The notes: generated by a model not told the origin, from the letters alone. Shown: positions 10,273 to 19,150, numbered from the stretch's first letter. The stretch: DNA of 32,000 nt from Pyrodictium abyssi (GCF_036323395.1 NZ_AP028907.1:780001-812000), one strand, 5' to 3'. Made by a program: numbers and translations.

Positions 10273-10757
10273 CCCGAGGCCCCACCTCTCTTACTACAGC
10301 ATCCCCGGGAGCCGCTCACACCTCTGCACGCCTAAATAAGTGAATAGAGTGCGGCTGGCTATAATCTAGGCGATACTCCTAGAGGGGATGAGCGGGCTGA
10401 CCTGCACAGAGCAGCCGCGGTGAAGAATGCCTCTAACAGGCGACCCTCCTCTACACCGACGAGAATTGCCGTGGCCGTGCGTGGCCGGGATTGTGGACAT
10501 GAGTGTAAGGGGGGCCGTGACGCCTAGGGGTGGAGCCTCCGCGCGCTCACGGGGCCCCGGGGACACGGGGCACTCGCGCGGGCCTGCTCCCGTCTAGTAA
10601 GCGTGCTATGGCATGCCCTATCAAGTCTTCCTCCATAACCAGAGGCCGGCAGATAGAGTACAGCCTATCCCGGCAGGGATGCAGAAGAGAGGGCTACGCG
10701 TATCAGCGTATCGTAGTAAAAGAAGACTTGATTCAACATAGCCCGGGTAAGGGCCGG
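10273..10757. other. 485-nt GC-rich structured non-coding block in the slot where rpl2-rps19 normally sit (candidate ncRNA, class unknown)
   Basis: Only Arg/Pro/Gly-rich junk ORFs. An 11-bp perfect long-range inverted repeat: atcaagtcttc (10620-10630) with gaagacttgat (10722-10732). A 7-bp GC stem: ccgcgcg (10539-10545) with cgcgcgg (10575-10581). A hairpin at 10380-10435: tagagg/cctcta closing GGAUGA...GGUGAAG around the gcgg(g)ctg/cagccgc stem. Confidence 0.4.
10333..10339 (-). promoter_or_regulatory. TATA-like box (minus strand TTATTTA), candidate internal promoter for rpl22 and downstream genes
   Basis: AT-rich heptamer in otherwise GC-rich DNA, about 60 nt upstream of the rpl22 start. 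The same element could serve a plus-strand transcript instead. Confidence 0.3.
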
Positions 10758-11018
10758 CTAGAGTATGCCTAGCCTAGCGGCTATATCGCTGGCACTGTAC
10801 TCCTTAGCTAGCCTAACGTAGGCCTTCTTCTCGCCGCGCGGCGTTATTAGCGTGTTTACCTTCTCCACTTTGACCCCGAACGCCTGCTCAATAGCCCTCT
10901 TTATATCGTGCTTTGTTGCCTTCCTGTCTACTATGAATGTTAGGGTGTTCTGCTCCTCTATCAGCCTTAGGGCTTTTTCGCTCTGGACCGGGCGTATTAT
11001 TATACTCCAGGCGCTCAT
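10758..11018 (-). CDS. rpl23: 50S ribosomal protein L23 (uL23)
   Basis: [50 protein letters not shown]. Confidence 0.92.
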   Translation of the reverse strand: MSAWSIIIRPVQSEKALRLIEEQNTLTFIVDRKATKHDIKRAIEQAFGVKVEKVNTLITPRGEKKAYVRLAKEYSASDIAARLGIL

Positions 11019-11048
11019 GGCTACACACCTCTAGGCTCGCATGCTGCT

Positions 11049-11879
11049 CTAGGCTAGTAGTATCCCGTCAAACCTCTTGGAGAGTTCAGCCAGTGCAGAC
11101 TTGCTTACAACGGTCAGTCTGCCGGGTACACCGCCGGGGGCAAGCTGCAGCACGTTTACGTGCCATGGGCCTGCGACGTCTACGCCTGGTAGACCGGCCA
11201 CTGCTCTTGCTAGAGGCGAGTTGTGGCTGCTTAGTATGAACAGTACACTCCTAGGTGTTATGTACCGTCTGCCGCGGCGCTTACCCTTGCCAGCACGTAT
11301 CCTTGTCCTCTCCTTGGCGCGCTCTATGTCTGCCCAGACACCTAGCTTCTCTAGGAGTGCGCGCGCATCGCGCACCTTGGTTATAGACTGCTCTACCTCG
11401 TCGTCTATAACCACTGGGAGCGTCTCTGCCGTGAATCTATGGCCACGCTTCTCTACAAACTCCTTCCTAGCCGTTGCGGCGAGCGCGGAGGCTGTTGCTA
11501 GCTTCTTCTCCTTCCTGTTGATCTCCTCGTGTATCCTTTTCTCCACACGTGGCGGGTGAGCGAGGTGACCGCCGACAGCCGAGTTTATGAATGCTGCCCG
11601 GCCCAGACCGGGAATCCGTGGTACTCTCGCTATGCCGAGGCCTACACCGAAGCTCCTAGCTGTGGTCCTCTTGCCGGCCATTGGGTCGCGGCCTTTGGGC
11701 TGTAGCCTTGCCGTGAACTCGGATAGGAATGCACGCCTTATCAGGTCGACGCGTACTGGTAGCCCATAGACCTTGGGTAGCTCTACCTCGGCAATCTTCT
11801 CGCCCGCGGCGTTGAATATTGGGACTACTGGCGGCTTCTCTGCTAGCAGGAACACCATGGAGCCTACCTTGTCCGCCAT
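11049..11879 (-). CDS. rpl4: 50S ribosomal protein L4 (uL4/L1e)
   Basis: RDPMAGKRTTARSFGVGLGIARVPR...GKGKRRGRRY pattern. Confidence 0.93.
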   Translation of the reverse strand: MADKVGSMVFLLAEKPPVVPIFNAAGEKIAEVELPKVYGLPVRVDLIRRAFLSEFTARLQPKGRDPMAGKRTTARSFGVGLGIARVPRIPGLGRAAFINSAVGGHLAHPPRVEKRIHEEINRKEKKLATASALAATARKEFVEKRGHRFTAETLPVVIDDEVEQSITKVRDARALLEKLGVWADIERAKERTRIRAGKGKRRGRRYITPRSVLFILSSHNSPLARAVAGLPGVDVAGPWHVNVLQLAPGGVPGRLTVVSKSALAELSKRFDGILLA

Positions 11880-11916
11880 GCTACCGCACCCCAGGGGTTG
11901 CTGCCATGCATGTTAC

Positions 11917-12960
11917 TTAATTGCCTTGCTTGCTCTGTAGGCTGATGTATGTTATCTTTGGCGCTGCTTCTGGCATCCAGCGTGGTCTCACTGGGTGGCG
12001 GAGCACTATAGGCCTCTTCGGCGTGCCTGGTATGCTGCCTGCTAGTAGCACGTAGCTGCTCCTCACTATGCCGTAGTGTAGGAAGCCGCCGGCCGGCGTT
12101 ACCTCTAGACCGTTATCGCCTATCTTTATGATGCGCTTGTTGTACTCTGTCCTCCTGTGGAAGCCCATCTGACCTGGCTGTGGCACCTCGCTCCACGAGA
12201 AGGTTGTGGCCGGGCCCCTGCTGCCTGGACCGCTACGGCTACCCTTACGGTGCTTGTGCCACTTTGGCAGCTCCTTAACACCGAACCTCTTTATTACGCC
12301 CTGGAAGCCCTTGCCCCTTGTCACCGCTATTACGTCTACGAACTGGCCCTCCTTGAATACGTCCTTTATGCTGAGCGGGTTGCCGACGAGCTTGACAGCG
12401 TAGTTAAACCTCTCATCTATACTGCTTCCACCGCCTATCTTTATCTCTATGAGGTCTGGCTTCTTCTTGCTTAGGCCGCCTACTAGCCTTGGCTGGGTAG
12501 CCGCGATAATCCTTACATCGTATACCTTTTCAAGCTTCTCCTCTAGCTTCTTTACAGCTTTCTCGGTGTCTGGGAACCGGAGCCTAGGTATAGCGCGGTA
12601 TATGTCTAGCTTGTAGTTCTCTACTAGAGTCTCGGGCTGTGCCCAGGCCTCGCCCAGAGTGTAGAGGCCTATGTTGGGGTCATAACCGTATACACGTACT
12701 GCTGTAACTATCATTGGCGGTGTCTCCACCACCGTTACCGGCATGAATATTTCTCTGCTCTGCGTGAGCGAGCCAGGCTCATCGTCTATGACGAACACGT
12801 GCGTCATGCCAGCCTTGTAGCCTAGGAATGCGAGCGGTAGGGGCGTCTCGCTCTGGACTTCTGGCCACGTCTTCACTCTCGGTACTATGCTTGAGGCCCT
12901 CTTCCGTGGCCTTACAGCAAGGCTGCCCCTACGAGGCGCATGCTTCTTTCTTGCACCCAC
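11917..12960 (-). CDS. rpl3: 50S ribosomal protein L3 (uL3)
   Basis: HAPRRGSLAVRPRKRA...GYKAGMTHV...TRGKGFQGVIKRFGV pattern. Confidence 0.95.
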   Translation of the reverse strand: MGARKKHAPRRGSLAVRPRKRASSIVPRVKTWPEVQSETPLPLAFLGYKAGMTHVFVIDDEPGSLTQSREIFMPVTVVETPPMIVTAVRVYGYDPNIGLYTLGEAWAQPETLVENYKLDIYRAIPRLRFPDTEKAVKKLEEKLEKVYDVRIIAATQPRLVGGLSKKKPDLIEIKIGGGSSIDERFNYAVKLVGNPLSIKDVFKEGQFVDVIAVTRGKGFQGVIKRFGVKELPKWHKHRKGSRSGPGSRGPATTFSWSEVPQPGQMGFHRRTEYNKRIIKIGDNGLEVTPAGGFLHYGIVRSSYVLLAGSIPGTPKRPIVLRHPVRPRWMPEAAPKITYISLQSKQGN

Positions 12961-13052
12961 TAGACACCACCGCCGTCATGCCAGTACTAGAGTCTACCCC
13001 GTCTCACGTGGGCTCCCCGACTACTAGCTTTTAACCCTAAGCCCTCAATCAG

Positions 13053-13940
13053 CTAGGACTCTAGGAACATGTTGTAGATTGCCAGCGTCGCCGCTACTGC
13101 TTCCTCTACACGGACTGTCCGGGTGCCCTGGTGCGGGATAGTATTGTAGATCCTATCAAATACCTCCTCCACGGAGAAGCCCTCACTACGGGCTATCTCG
13201 TAGAGGCCTCTGTCCGGCGCACCCATGAATATCGCTATACCTCTTCTAGCAGAGACTTCCCTAGCATCCCTAGAAGCCTTCTCTGCTGTCAGAACCTCGC
13301 CTAGACGGCTAGTAGCTACGCGCAGAAGGCTCCTCGTGTTGTTCAGCGCACCCCTGAGCCCTCTTACTATGTCCGTCCTGAACCCTGTGTAGATTCTCGC
13401 TTCACCTGGCCGGAGTATACGCAGCCGTGGAGGCTTTAACGACGTGATTTCAACTAGCACTCGTTTGTCTGGCAAGCGCTCAGGCTTCCTACACTTGACG
13501 TATCTACCTAGGCCGGCATCAAGCAGAACAACATCCCCTAGATCACGTAGCACCAGCGCTTCACGTACTTCGCCTACCCGCGGCCCACCAACACCGTGAG
13601 TTGGCAGCTGCAGAGGAGGGAGAACGCCCACGTATCTTAGCTCCGGCTTTCTCGGGTAAAGCCTCTTTTTCAGATACGGGGCAGTGAGCATGTACTCTGT
13701 TACCTCTTTTATCAGTTTAGCATCCTCGTCGACACCCTCTCTGTCGATGTAAACGAGCAGCCTTGTGGCACGGAAAACAGCCAGTAGCCTTGCAAGGATG
13801 CCTATTTTTATGGTCTTTAGTAGTAGGCTATGCTCTGTAGACAAGTAGGAGGCAGGTACTGCTACCACTAGCTCTATCCTACGGGCTACCGGAGTGTCGC
13901 GACGATGCATCTCCGTCGTGCCTCTGCTGCTGGTTATCAC
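13053..13940 (-). CDS. SPOUT-superfamily putative RNA methyltransferase (COG2106 / MTH1 / DUF171-like)
   Basis: LVVAVPASYLSTEHSLLLKTIKIGILARLLAVFRATRLLVYIDREG and C-terminal RTVRVEEAVAATLAI resemble the DUF171 alpha/beta-knot family, which commonly lies directly upstream of rpl3 in archaea. ATG at 13910 may be the true start, since the codon at 13940 is GTG. Confidence 0.65.
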   Translation of the reverse strand: MITSSRGTTEMHRRDTPVARRIELVVAVPASYLSTEHSLLLKTIKIGILARLLAVFRATRLLVYIDREGVDEDAKLIKEVTEYMLTAPYLKKRLYPRKPELRYVGVLPPLQLPTHGVGGPRVGEVREALVLRDLGDVVLLDAGLGRYVKCRKPERLPDKRVLVEITSLKPPRLRILRPGEARIYTGFRTDIVRGLRGALNNTRSLLRVATSRLGEVLTAEKASRDAREVSARRGIAIFMGAPDRGLYEIARSEGFSVEEVFDRIYNTIPHQGTRTVRVEEAVAATLAIYNMFLES

Positions 13941-14105
13941 CTTCTCGAAGCGTTTTAGCGCTAAGACCTGCGAGACGCAGCAAAACCATGCACAGCTACA
14001 CGTGCTGCTACTGGGCTAGGAACAGCGCTGTAGAGATGCACGGGAGACGTGTGGCCATGGAGGCAAAAACCATGGAGACATGGAGCTGAGCCACTGCGGC
14101 GGGGT

Positions 14106-14213
14106 TTAACGCTTCTTGCCACGACGCTGCTGTTGCTGCTGCCTAGCCTGCTTCGCAGCAGCCTTTGTCTCTTCCTTGGTCATGAAGAGGCTTGTTCTCT
14201 GCCTACCGCCCAT
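14106..14213 (-). CDS. Candidate small basic protein, 35 aa (MGGRQRTSLFMTKEETKAAAKQARQQQQQRRGKKR)
   Basis: Manual translation. ATG at 14213 is preceded by a ggtggagag SD-like element. Below the track cutoff. Overlaps track ORF 14049..14249 (+), which looks non-coding. Confidence 0.3.
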   Translation of the reverse strand: MGGRQRTSLFMTKEETKAAAKQARQQQQQRRGKKR

Positions 14214-14389
14214 ACTCTCCACCCGCGCTCGAGCGGTGTAGAGAGCTAGGTACATTACTGCTACGCTTCTCTAGCTTCAGCCTGGCCGGTGACGTGTTTG
14301 CCGAGTGCTGAGCAGCCAAGCAAGTGCTGAGTATCCCCCTTCTGCCGAGGCCGCTAGCCAGGAGCGAGGATGGGCCCTTATTCCGGGAG

Positions 14390-14458
14390 GGGCTCAGACG
14401 GGTTCATCTCGTCACGGCGACGCTACGGGCTCGGCGTTTGCACCCCTCATCACAGCCC
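14390..14458 (-). ncRNA. Candidate box C/D sRNA (2'-O-methylation guide)
   Basis: Minus strand reads GGGC-U-GUGAUGA(C)-GGGGUGCAAACG(12 nt)-CCGA(D')-GCCCGUAGCGUCGCC-GUGACGA(C')-GAUGAACCCGU(11 nt)-CUGA(D)-GCCC. The 4-bp terminal stem GGGC/GCCC flanks the C and D boxes with K-turn geometry. Lies in a 270-nt intergenic region. Confidence 0.45.
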
Positions 14459-14477
14459 GGCCGGAGAGTAGCTCCCG

Positions 14478-14486
14478 ATAAATATT
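14478..14486 (+). promoter_or_regulatory. TATA-like box (ataaatatt) upstream of the CxxCxxCC gene
   Basis: About 40 nt upstream of the ATG at 14522. Predicts a short leader if the TATA is centred near -26/-27. Confidence 0.35.
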
Positions 14487-14521
14487 GAGGGTACGTTAGC
14501 CCTGCACAAGGGCTCGGGGAT

Positions 14522-15097
14522 ATGGCGAGGAAAAGACCGGTGTTTAACTGTTTGTTTTGCGAGCACTGCTGCTACTTTAGTGAAGAGTATGAAATGCCGG
14601 TAGTCTTTCCCTGGGAGAAACGAGAGTTAGAGAAAATAGCTGCCGAGATAGGTGTTAAACTTCACTTCAAGCCGCTCCAAGCATTTATTGACAGAAACGG
14701 CGTATGCGCTATAACCCTCTATAGGTGGGAGATTCAAGGATTCTGCCCATTTTTCGATAAGGCTAGTAAGCGCTGCAGCATCCATGATGATAAGCCGCTA
14801 GCATGTAGGATGTACCCACTGCTTATAGAGATGCCTTCAGGCAACCTAATGGCATCCGGTAAGTGTGACTGGATAAAACAGCAAGGACCAAGGTTCATAA
14901 GACAACTCTCTACAAAGCCGGAGACTATACCGGAGGTGTTTCCAGCGGAGTTCGAGGCCGCTAAGAAGGCGTTCATAGAGTTCACAACTATAAACTCCTT
15001 CATTGAGAGGCACGGCCTACAGCCGATAAATGTTAATAAGTTAAACAATTGTAATGAGGTCTTCGACATAGATGATTACATGGCGAGGTTCGACTAG
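14522..15097 (+). CDS. YkgJ/UPF0153-family zinc- or iron-chelating protein (CxxCxxCC motif)
   Basis: N-terminal CLFCEHCC (CxxCxxCC), with later FCPFF and C-x-I-H...P-x-x-C-R-x-YP elements typical of PF03692-type proteins. Confidence 0.7.
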   Translation: MARKRPVFNCLFCEHCCYFSEEYEMPVVFPWEKRELEKIAAEIGVKLHFKPLQAFIDRNGVCAITLYRWEIQGFCPFFDKASKRCSIHDDKPLACRMYPLLIEMPSGNLMASGKCDWIKQQGPRFIRQLSTKPETIPEVFPAEFEAAKKAFIEFTTINSFIERHGLQPINVNKLNNCNEVFDIDDYMARFD

Positions 15098-15099
15098 CC

Positions 15100-15378
15100 T
15101 TGGGGAGGGAGCGACGCCTCATCAGAGTGTTCTTCAACACATACTATGAAGACGTAGCAGAGAACGTGCTGAACGAACTCAAGAGCCTAGGATACGAAAT
15201 GAAGCTGACGAATTCAAGGGTTGTCCCGGAGCTGTATTACGTCGAGATGGAGGTAGGGGCTGAGAACTTAGACCAGGCTGTCGAGAAGGTGCAGAGACTG
15301 CTCGAAGAAGCTAGAGACAGGTATTCGGGCCGTCTATTCGGGGTCAAAGTATACGGTGTTGACGCATCGTCGTCATAG
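15100..15378 (+). CDS. Hypothetical small protein (about 85-92 aa), coupled to the upstream gene
   Basis: ORF begins 2 nt after the stop of the previous gene (TTG at 15100, GTG nine codons later). Balanced, non-repetitive composition. No family recognised. Confidence 0.45.
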   Translation: MGRERRLIRVFFNTYYEDVAENVLNELKSLGYEMKLTNSRVVPELYYVEMEVGAENLDQAVEKVQRLLEEARDRYSGRLFGVKVYGVDASSS

Positions 15379-15380
15379 CG

Positions 15381-15385
15381 TTTTT
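15381..15385 (+). terminator. T5 tract just after the 15100..15378 stop (archaeal oligo-T terminator candidate)
   Basis: cgTTTTTgctcc starts 3 nt after the stop; a second T-rich run ttatttt follows at 15396-15402. Confidence 0.3.
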
Positions 15386-15427
15386 GCTCCAGCGTTATTT
15401 TGCACTTTACCATTATGATGCTGTGTT

Positions 15428-17440
15428 CTAGCTTCGTATAATCCTGCGCATGACCGGCGCTATATCCTGTGGCGCTTTTATAACGTAGAGCCGTGCGTAA
15501 TGTCTAATCTTGTTTGCCACCCTCGTGTCGTGCTTTGGGGGCAGGATTATTGTTATTCTCCATCCTCTTTGCCGTAGTTCGCGTAGAATGTCTTCGATAG
15601 GTTCGTCGGCAGCTATTGTCTGCTTGAGGTCGCTTATTAGAACCATGTGCTGTGGCATTGCAGCTCTGGCCGCTAGGCGTATAGCGTTAACTATGTCTGT
15701 ATAGCCTGCGAACTTTGTTGAAAGCACTAAGTCTACTATGCGGAGCGGGTTTACTAGTTTCAGGTTACTATACATAGTTGCGTTTTCATCGAATATTATC
15801 AGCCTTGATATGCTTGCTGCGAGTGCTGAGGCTGCTAGTACTGTGTAGACTGCGTACGGTCTCATGCTACCGCTCTTGTCTACTACTACCGTGTACTGCT
15901 TTGTAGAGTACCTCGTAATCCTGACTATAGGATTAGAGCTGAAGCGTACAATGTTCTCTAGAGTCTTGCGTATATGTAGCCGGCCTCGTGTGCTGCTAAA
16001 GCAGCTCTTGCGTGATAGCCTCATGCCGTGTTCTACACGAGCTTCTCTCCATAGACTCTTCATGAGCATTACCGCGTAGCTTCTTATCCTCCTATCGTTA
16101 GTACTGCTATATACTGTGTGTAGGAGTTTTAACGCTTCGAAGACATCCATACTCTTCACAATATTCTTCATCAACGTGTATGTGTCTCCACGTTCTGCAG
16201 CATCAAATAGTTGTTTCAGTCTAGCTATTTCCGACTCAATTATGTCCGCCAGCTTGCCGTCATATTGACTCCTTATGCTGCTCCATCGCTCTACTGCACG
16301 AGTGAACTCGTATTCGGCATACTCTAGCAGAGCATCTGTAGGCTCAACTAGGCTCTTTAAAAGATAGTTCTTTGCCTCTGCGAGCCTGTTGAGCACGTCA
16401 AGAGCCTCGTTTGGGCCTCTACCTATGCTGCTTAGTAGCCCTATTTCACGTCTGTCAAGCATCTCCGCTACTACGCCTCGTCTTGAAGCACGTGCACCTA
16501 TAGCTTTCAGCGCTATTTCGATAGCTCCGTCCTTATTGTGTGATGACATTTCCACTGCTATGTCGAGGAGTATTTCTCTTCCGAAGTCTTTGACAGCTCT
16601 TTCTGCTAGACGAGGGTTGCGCTCAAGTATGCTGCGTAGGTGGTGTCGTGATAGCATGTTTTCTTTTCGGAGTATCTCGTATACGCTTTCAGCATCACTG
16701 TAATGTTCTCCTTGGTTCATCTTTTCCTCTATAGACCTTGAAATTATTCGTTTTAGATGCTTGTTTTTGCCTGCATAACGGTATAGCTTTACAAGCTCGT
16801 CTATGCTTAGCTCCCTGGAGTCTATGTAGTTGAATAGTTCGTAGCCCATCGAGGCAACTATACCGCCGTGACGAGCTATGTTACGCTTTATCATGTCTCT
16901 GACAGCGTCCTTATAGTCTCGGTAGCGGTGGGCTAGCTGCTCTATTATCCGGCGCGCCTGGCTACTGGATACTACATACTCCCCCTTGCGTCCTCGACGT
17001 ATTATTCCTAGTAGCTTTAACCTAGCATATGCCCCCTGGGTCTTTCCGCTAGTATAGTTTCTACGTCGTAGTTTCGCTCCGTAATGGAGTCCTAGTGTAT
17101 GCAAGTCCTTCTCTATCTCGTCTTCTATGCGTTTTGCAGAGCTTCGTGGTAGACAGCACCGTTTTACTAGATCCTTTACTATTTCATTTACTATGCGTTC
17201 TTCATGCATTCGTTTTGCGTATACAGAGGAAAGGACTAGAGCTATCTCATCAGGGGTAAGCGTTTCGACGCCAGATACAGCTGCGTATAATGCTAGTAAC
17301 CGTGTGGCTTCAACTATCTCTGCTGCTGATATTCTGAGTCCTCTCTTTCTAGCTTCTACTGCTACTCCGTATGCTATTTTGCGTAGTTCTTCTCTACTAT
17401 CTCTACGGATGTAGACCGAATACTCTCTCGATGGTTTCAT
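15428..17440 (-). CDS. von Willebrand factor A (VWA) domain protein with a long helical N-terminal region (CoxE-like partner of MoxR)
   Basis: C-terminal MIDAS elements VVVDKSGSM (DxSxS), GYTD and LISDL. Start ATG at 17440 overlaps the upstream MoxR gene by 38 nt. Confidence 0.8.
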   Translation of the reverse strand: MKPSREYSVYIRRDSREELRKIAYGVAVEARKRGLRISAAEIVEATRLLALYAAVSGVETLTPDEIALVLSSVYAKRMHEERIVNEIVKDLVKRCCLPRSSAKRIEDEIEKDLHTLGLHYGAKLRRRNYTSGKTQGAYARLKLLGIIRRGRKGEYVVSSSQARRIIEQLAHRYRDYKDAVRDMIKRNIARHGGIVASMGYELFNYIDSRELSIDELVKLYRYAGKNKHLKRIISRSIEEKMNQGEHYSDAESVYEILRKENMLSRHHLRSILERNPRLAERAVKDFGREILLDIAVEMSSHNKDGAIEIALKAIGARASRRGVVAEMLDRREIGLLSSIGRGPNEALDVLNRLAEAKNYLLKSLVEPTDALLEYAEYEFTRAVERWSSIRSQYDGKLADIIESEIARLKQLFDAAERGDTYTLMKNIVKSMDVFEALKLLHTVYSSTNDRRIRSYAVMLMKSLWREARVEHGMRLSRKSCFSSTRGRLHIRKTLENIVRFSSNPIVRITRYSTKQYTVVVDKSGSMRPYAVYTVLAASALAASISRLIIFDENATMYSNLKLVNPLRIVDLVLSTKFAGYTDIVNAIRLAARAAMPQHMVLISDLKQTIAADEPIEDILRELRQRGWRITIILPPKHDTRVANKIRHYARLYVIKAPQDIAPVMRRIIRS

Positions 17441-18422
17441 CAACTATTTCCTCCTCACCAACACGTTTGTACAGTATTATAGTGGCTGCATCTACCACCT
17501 CGCTGACCGTGACTTGTTGTTTACCTCGTAGCTTGGCTAGTCGGCCAGCTATTCGCGCCCATAGTACCGTGTCTGCTGGGCCTGGCTTATACGCCGCTTT
17601 CTGGCGAAGAATGCTAACTACTTGAATCATTGCTTCTAATATTTTTGAGTCCAACTCGACGTCTATATCATATCTTAGCTTTACTATTTCTGCTTCAACA
17701 TCGGGAGGTGGGTAACTGAAGGGTATCCTTACTACTCTCCTGAGAAATGCGTCGCTTAGCTCACTTTGTGCATAATCTTCGGGATTGCTAGTAAATATTA
17801 CTTGGAATCCTTCGCCTTTTGCACGGAAGACTCTACGGAGTTCTGGGACAATTATACGACGTTTATCTATTATGTCTAGGAGCATGTTTTGGAATTCTTC
17901 GTTGCTTCGTCTTATTTCGTCTACAAGTACTCCTGTATCAAGTATTAGTGCTGCAAGGAGGGGCCGTGGTATGAAGCTTTTCTCGTTAAAGCCGTATCTC
18001 AATGCCATCAGGGGATGGAAATCACCTATAACTCTATATTCATCGTAGTTCTCGCTACAGGGTATTATTAGAGCTGGCTTTCCAGCCCAGAGCGATAGTA
18101 TAGCTTCACCTATCTCGGTCTTTCCTGTACCCGGGGGTCCCTCAAAGAGCACCGGGCGTCCCGCGAGAAATGCTGCCACAACTAATGTGACAAGTTTCCT
18201 GTCAACGAGGAGTTTATACTCTCTTCTCAGAATCTCTATCATTTTGTCTACGCTTCTTACTGGCTTCCTTTTATGCTTCTCTATTACCTCGGCGTAGATA
18301 CTAGCAACTTTCTCCTCAATACTTTCATGCATTTCATCACTATCCTTTTGACTAGGTGAACTGATCATCTCTTCAACTATTTTTTCGACATACTTTTCTT
18401 TATCGACCTTGCTTACGTCCAT
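17403..18422 (-). CDS. MoxR-family AAA+ ATPase
   Basis: Walker A GPPGTGKTE; Walker B and MoxR signature VLVDEIRRSNEEFQNMLLDIIDKRRIIVPE; sensor region FQVIFTSNPED. Confidence 0.85.
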   Translation of the reverse strand: MDVSKVDKEKYVEKIVEEMISSPSQKDSDEMHESIEEKVASIYAEVIEKHKRKPVRSVDKMIEILRREYKLLVDRKLVTLVVAAFLAGRPVLFEGPPGTGKTEIGEAILSLWAGKPALIIPCSENYDEYRVIGDFHPLMALRYGFNEKSFIPRPLLAALILDTGVLVDEIRRSNEEFQNMLLDIIDKRRIIVPELRRVFRAKGEGFQVIFTSNPEDYAQSELSDAFLRRVVRIPFSYPPPDVEAEIVKLRYDIDVELDSKILEAMIQVVSILRQKAAYKPGPADTVLWARIAGRLAKLRGKQQVTVSEVVDAATIILYKRVGEEEIVDETIERVFGLHP

Positions 18423-18614
18423 TTTTGCACCCTTCTGACACCCTAGATTACTGGAGCCAGCTACATTATAGCTGTCTAACCTACAGCAGGTTTGCCACCA
18501 TGAGGGGTGTTGGCCTCGTACACACTTATTAGCCTCACTACAAGCTTATTGTCTACACAGCATTACTTGCTTTAGTACATAGCTAGAGTTGCTAGACTTT
18601 ATGCCGAGGCTGCT

Positions 18615-19097
18615 ATGCGACGAACTACCGGGGTATATAGGGCTATGAGTAGAATACGGCGCAGTAAAGACGACAATATCATTTATAGTGTCTGGATTCG
18701 TAGAGGACCAGATATATTCCATTACGACATAGTCTTTGAAGACGACTGTATAAGGCTTGTGTATCTAGGCGAGTACTGGGAGCGTGTTAGGCCAAAGACT
18801 GGTCTACAGCGACGTGTTGACATGTTTATATACTCCATAAGGAAGCGAAGGGAACGCATTTACGGAGAAGGAGAGAGACCAATGGTTATTAACTACTGCG
18901 ATATATCAAGTTATGAGATTGTTAAGCCTCGCCCTGCTGTATCTCGTGAAGACTTGTCTCCAGGTGCCCTGGAGCTGCTACTGCGTGATGGAAAGCGTAT
19001 TCGTATAGAGTTCTCTCCGAGGGTGTACGAGATCGTGAAGTCAGCTGTAAAGAAGTATGTAAGAAGCGGCATTGAACGGTGTAAAGGTAGGAGATAG
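18615..19097 (+). CDS. Hypothetical protein (about 150-160 aa), divergent from the MoxR gene
   Basis: Intact ORF with balanced composition. Internal ATG at codon 11 fits the ctttatg TATA-like box at about 18597. No family recognised. Confidence 0.45.
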   Translation: MRRTTGVYRAMSRIRRSKDDNIIYSVWIRRGPDIFHYDIVFEDDCIRLVYLGEYWERVRPKTGLQRRVDMFIYSIRKRRERIYGEGERPMVINYCDISSYEIVKPRPAVSREDLSPGALELLLRDGKRIRIEFSPRVYEIVKSAVKKYVRSGIERCKGRR

Positions 19098-19150
19098 TAG
19101 GCGCCGGGCGATGAAGATGGCCCGATAGGCTGAAGAAAGCATATGCCATG

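Noticed and set aside
10340-10757. RNase P RNA or SRP RNA identity for the structured gap
   Set aside because: I looked for the universal RNase P CR-I (GAGGAAAGUCC) and CR-IV/V (ACAGAA..GGCUUA) and for the SRP helix-8 GGAA-tetraloop/AGCA motif. Only loose resemblances turned up (ggaggaagacuug on the minus strand; agcagcc on the plus strand). That is not enough to name a class.
10366-10772. ORFs 10366..10566 (-) and 10530..10772 (+) in the L23-L22 gap. I also considered a decayed rpl2 copy, because THGHGNS vaguely resembles the L2 HPHGGGS motif and gctgtagtaagag near 10295 resembles the rps19 3' end
   Set aside because: Identity by eye is only about 3 of 12 residues around the motif and does not extend. 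The similarity is compatible with chance in GC-rich sequence. A formal alignment is needed, so the pseudogene idea remains a test rather than a call.
1048-12474. Many plus-strand track ORFs inside the ribosomal operon, e.g. 1048..1335, 1448..1774, 2044..2454, 3619..3870, 4043..4498, 4759..5283, 7340..7636, 7680..8021, 8534..8860, 8746..9123, 11077..11559, 12157..12474
   Set aside because: All are antisense shadows of strongly recognisable ribosomal protein genes in GC-rich DNA. They are Ser/Arg/Pro/Leu-rich with no family resemblance.
14049-14249. Plus-strand 66-aa ORF
   Set aside because: Leu/Arg/Ser-rich with no start context. The opposite strand has a better, though still tentative, 35-aa basic ORF with an SD.
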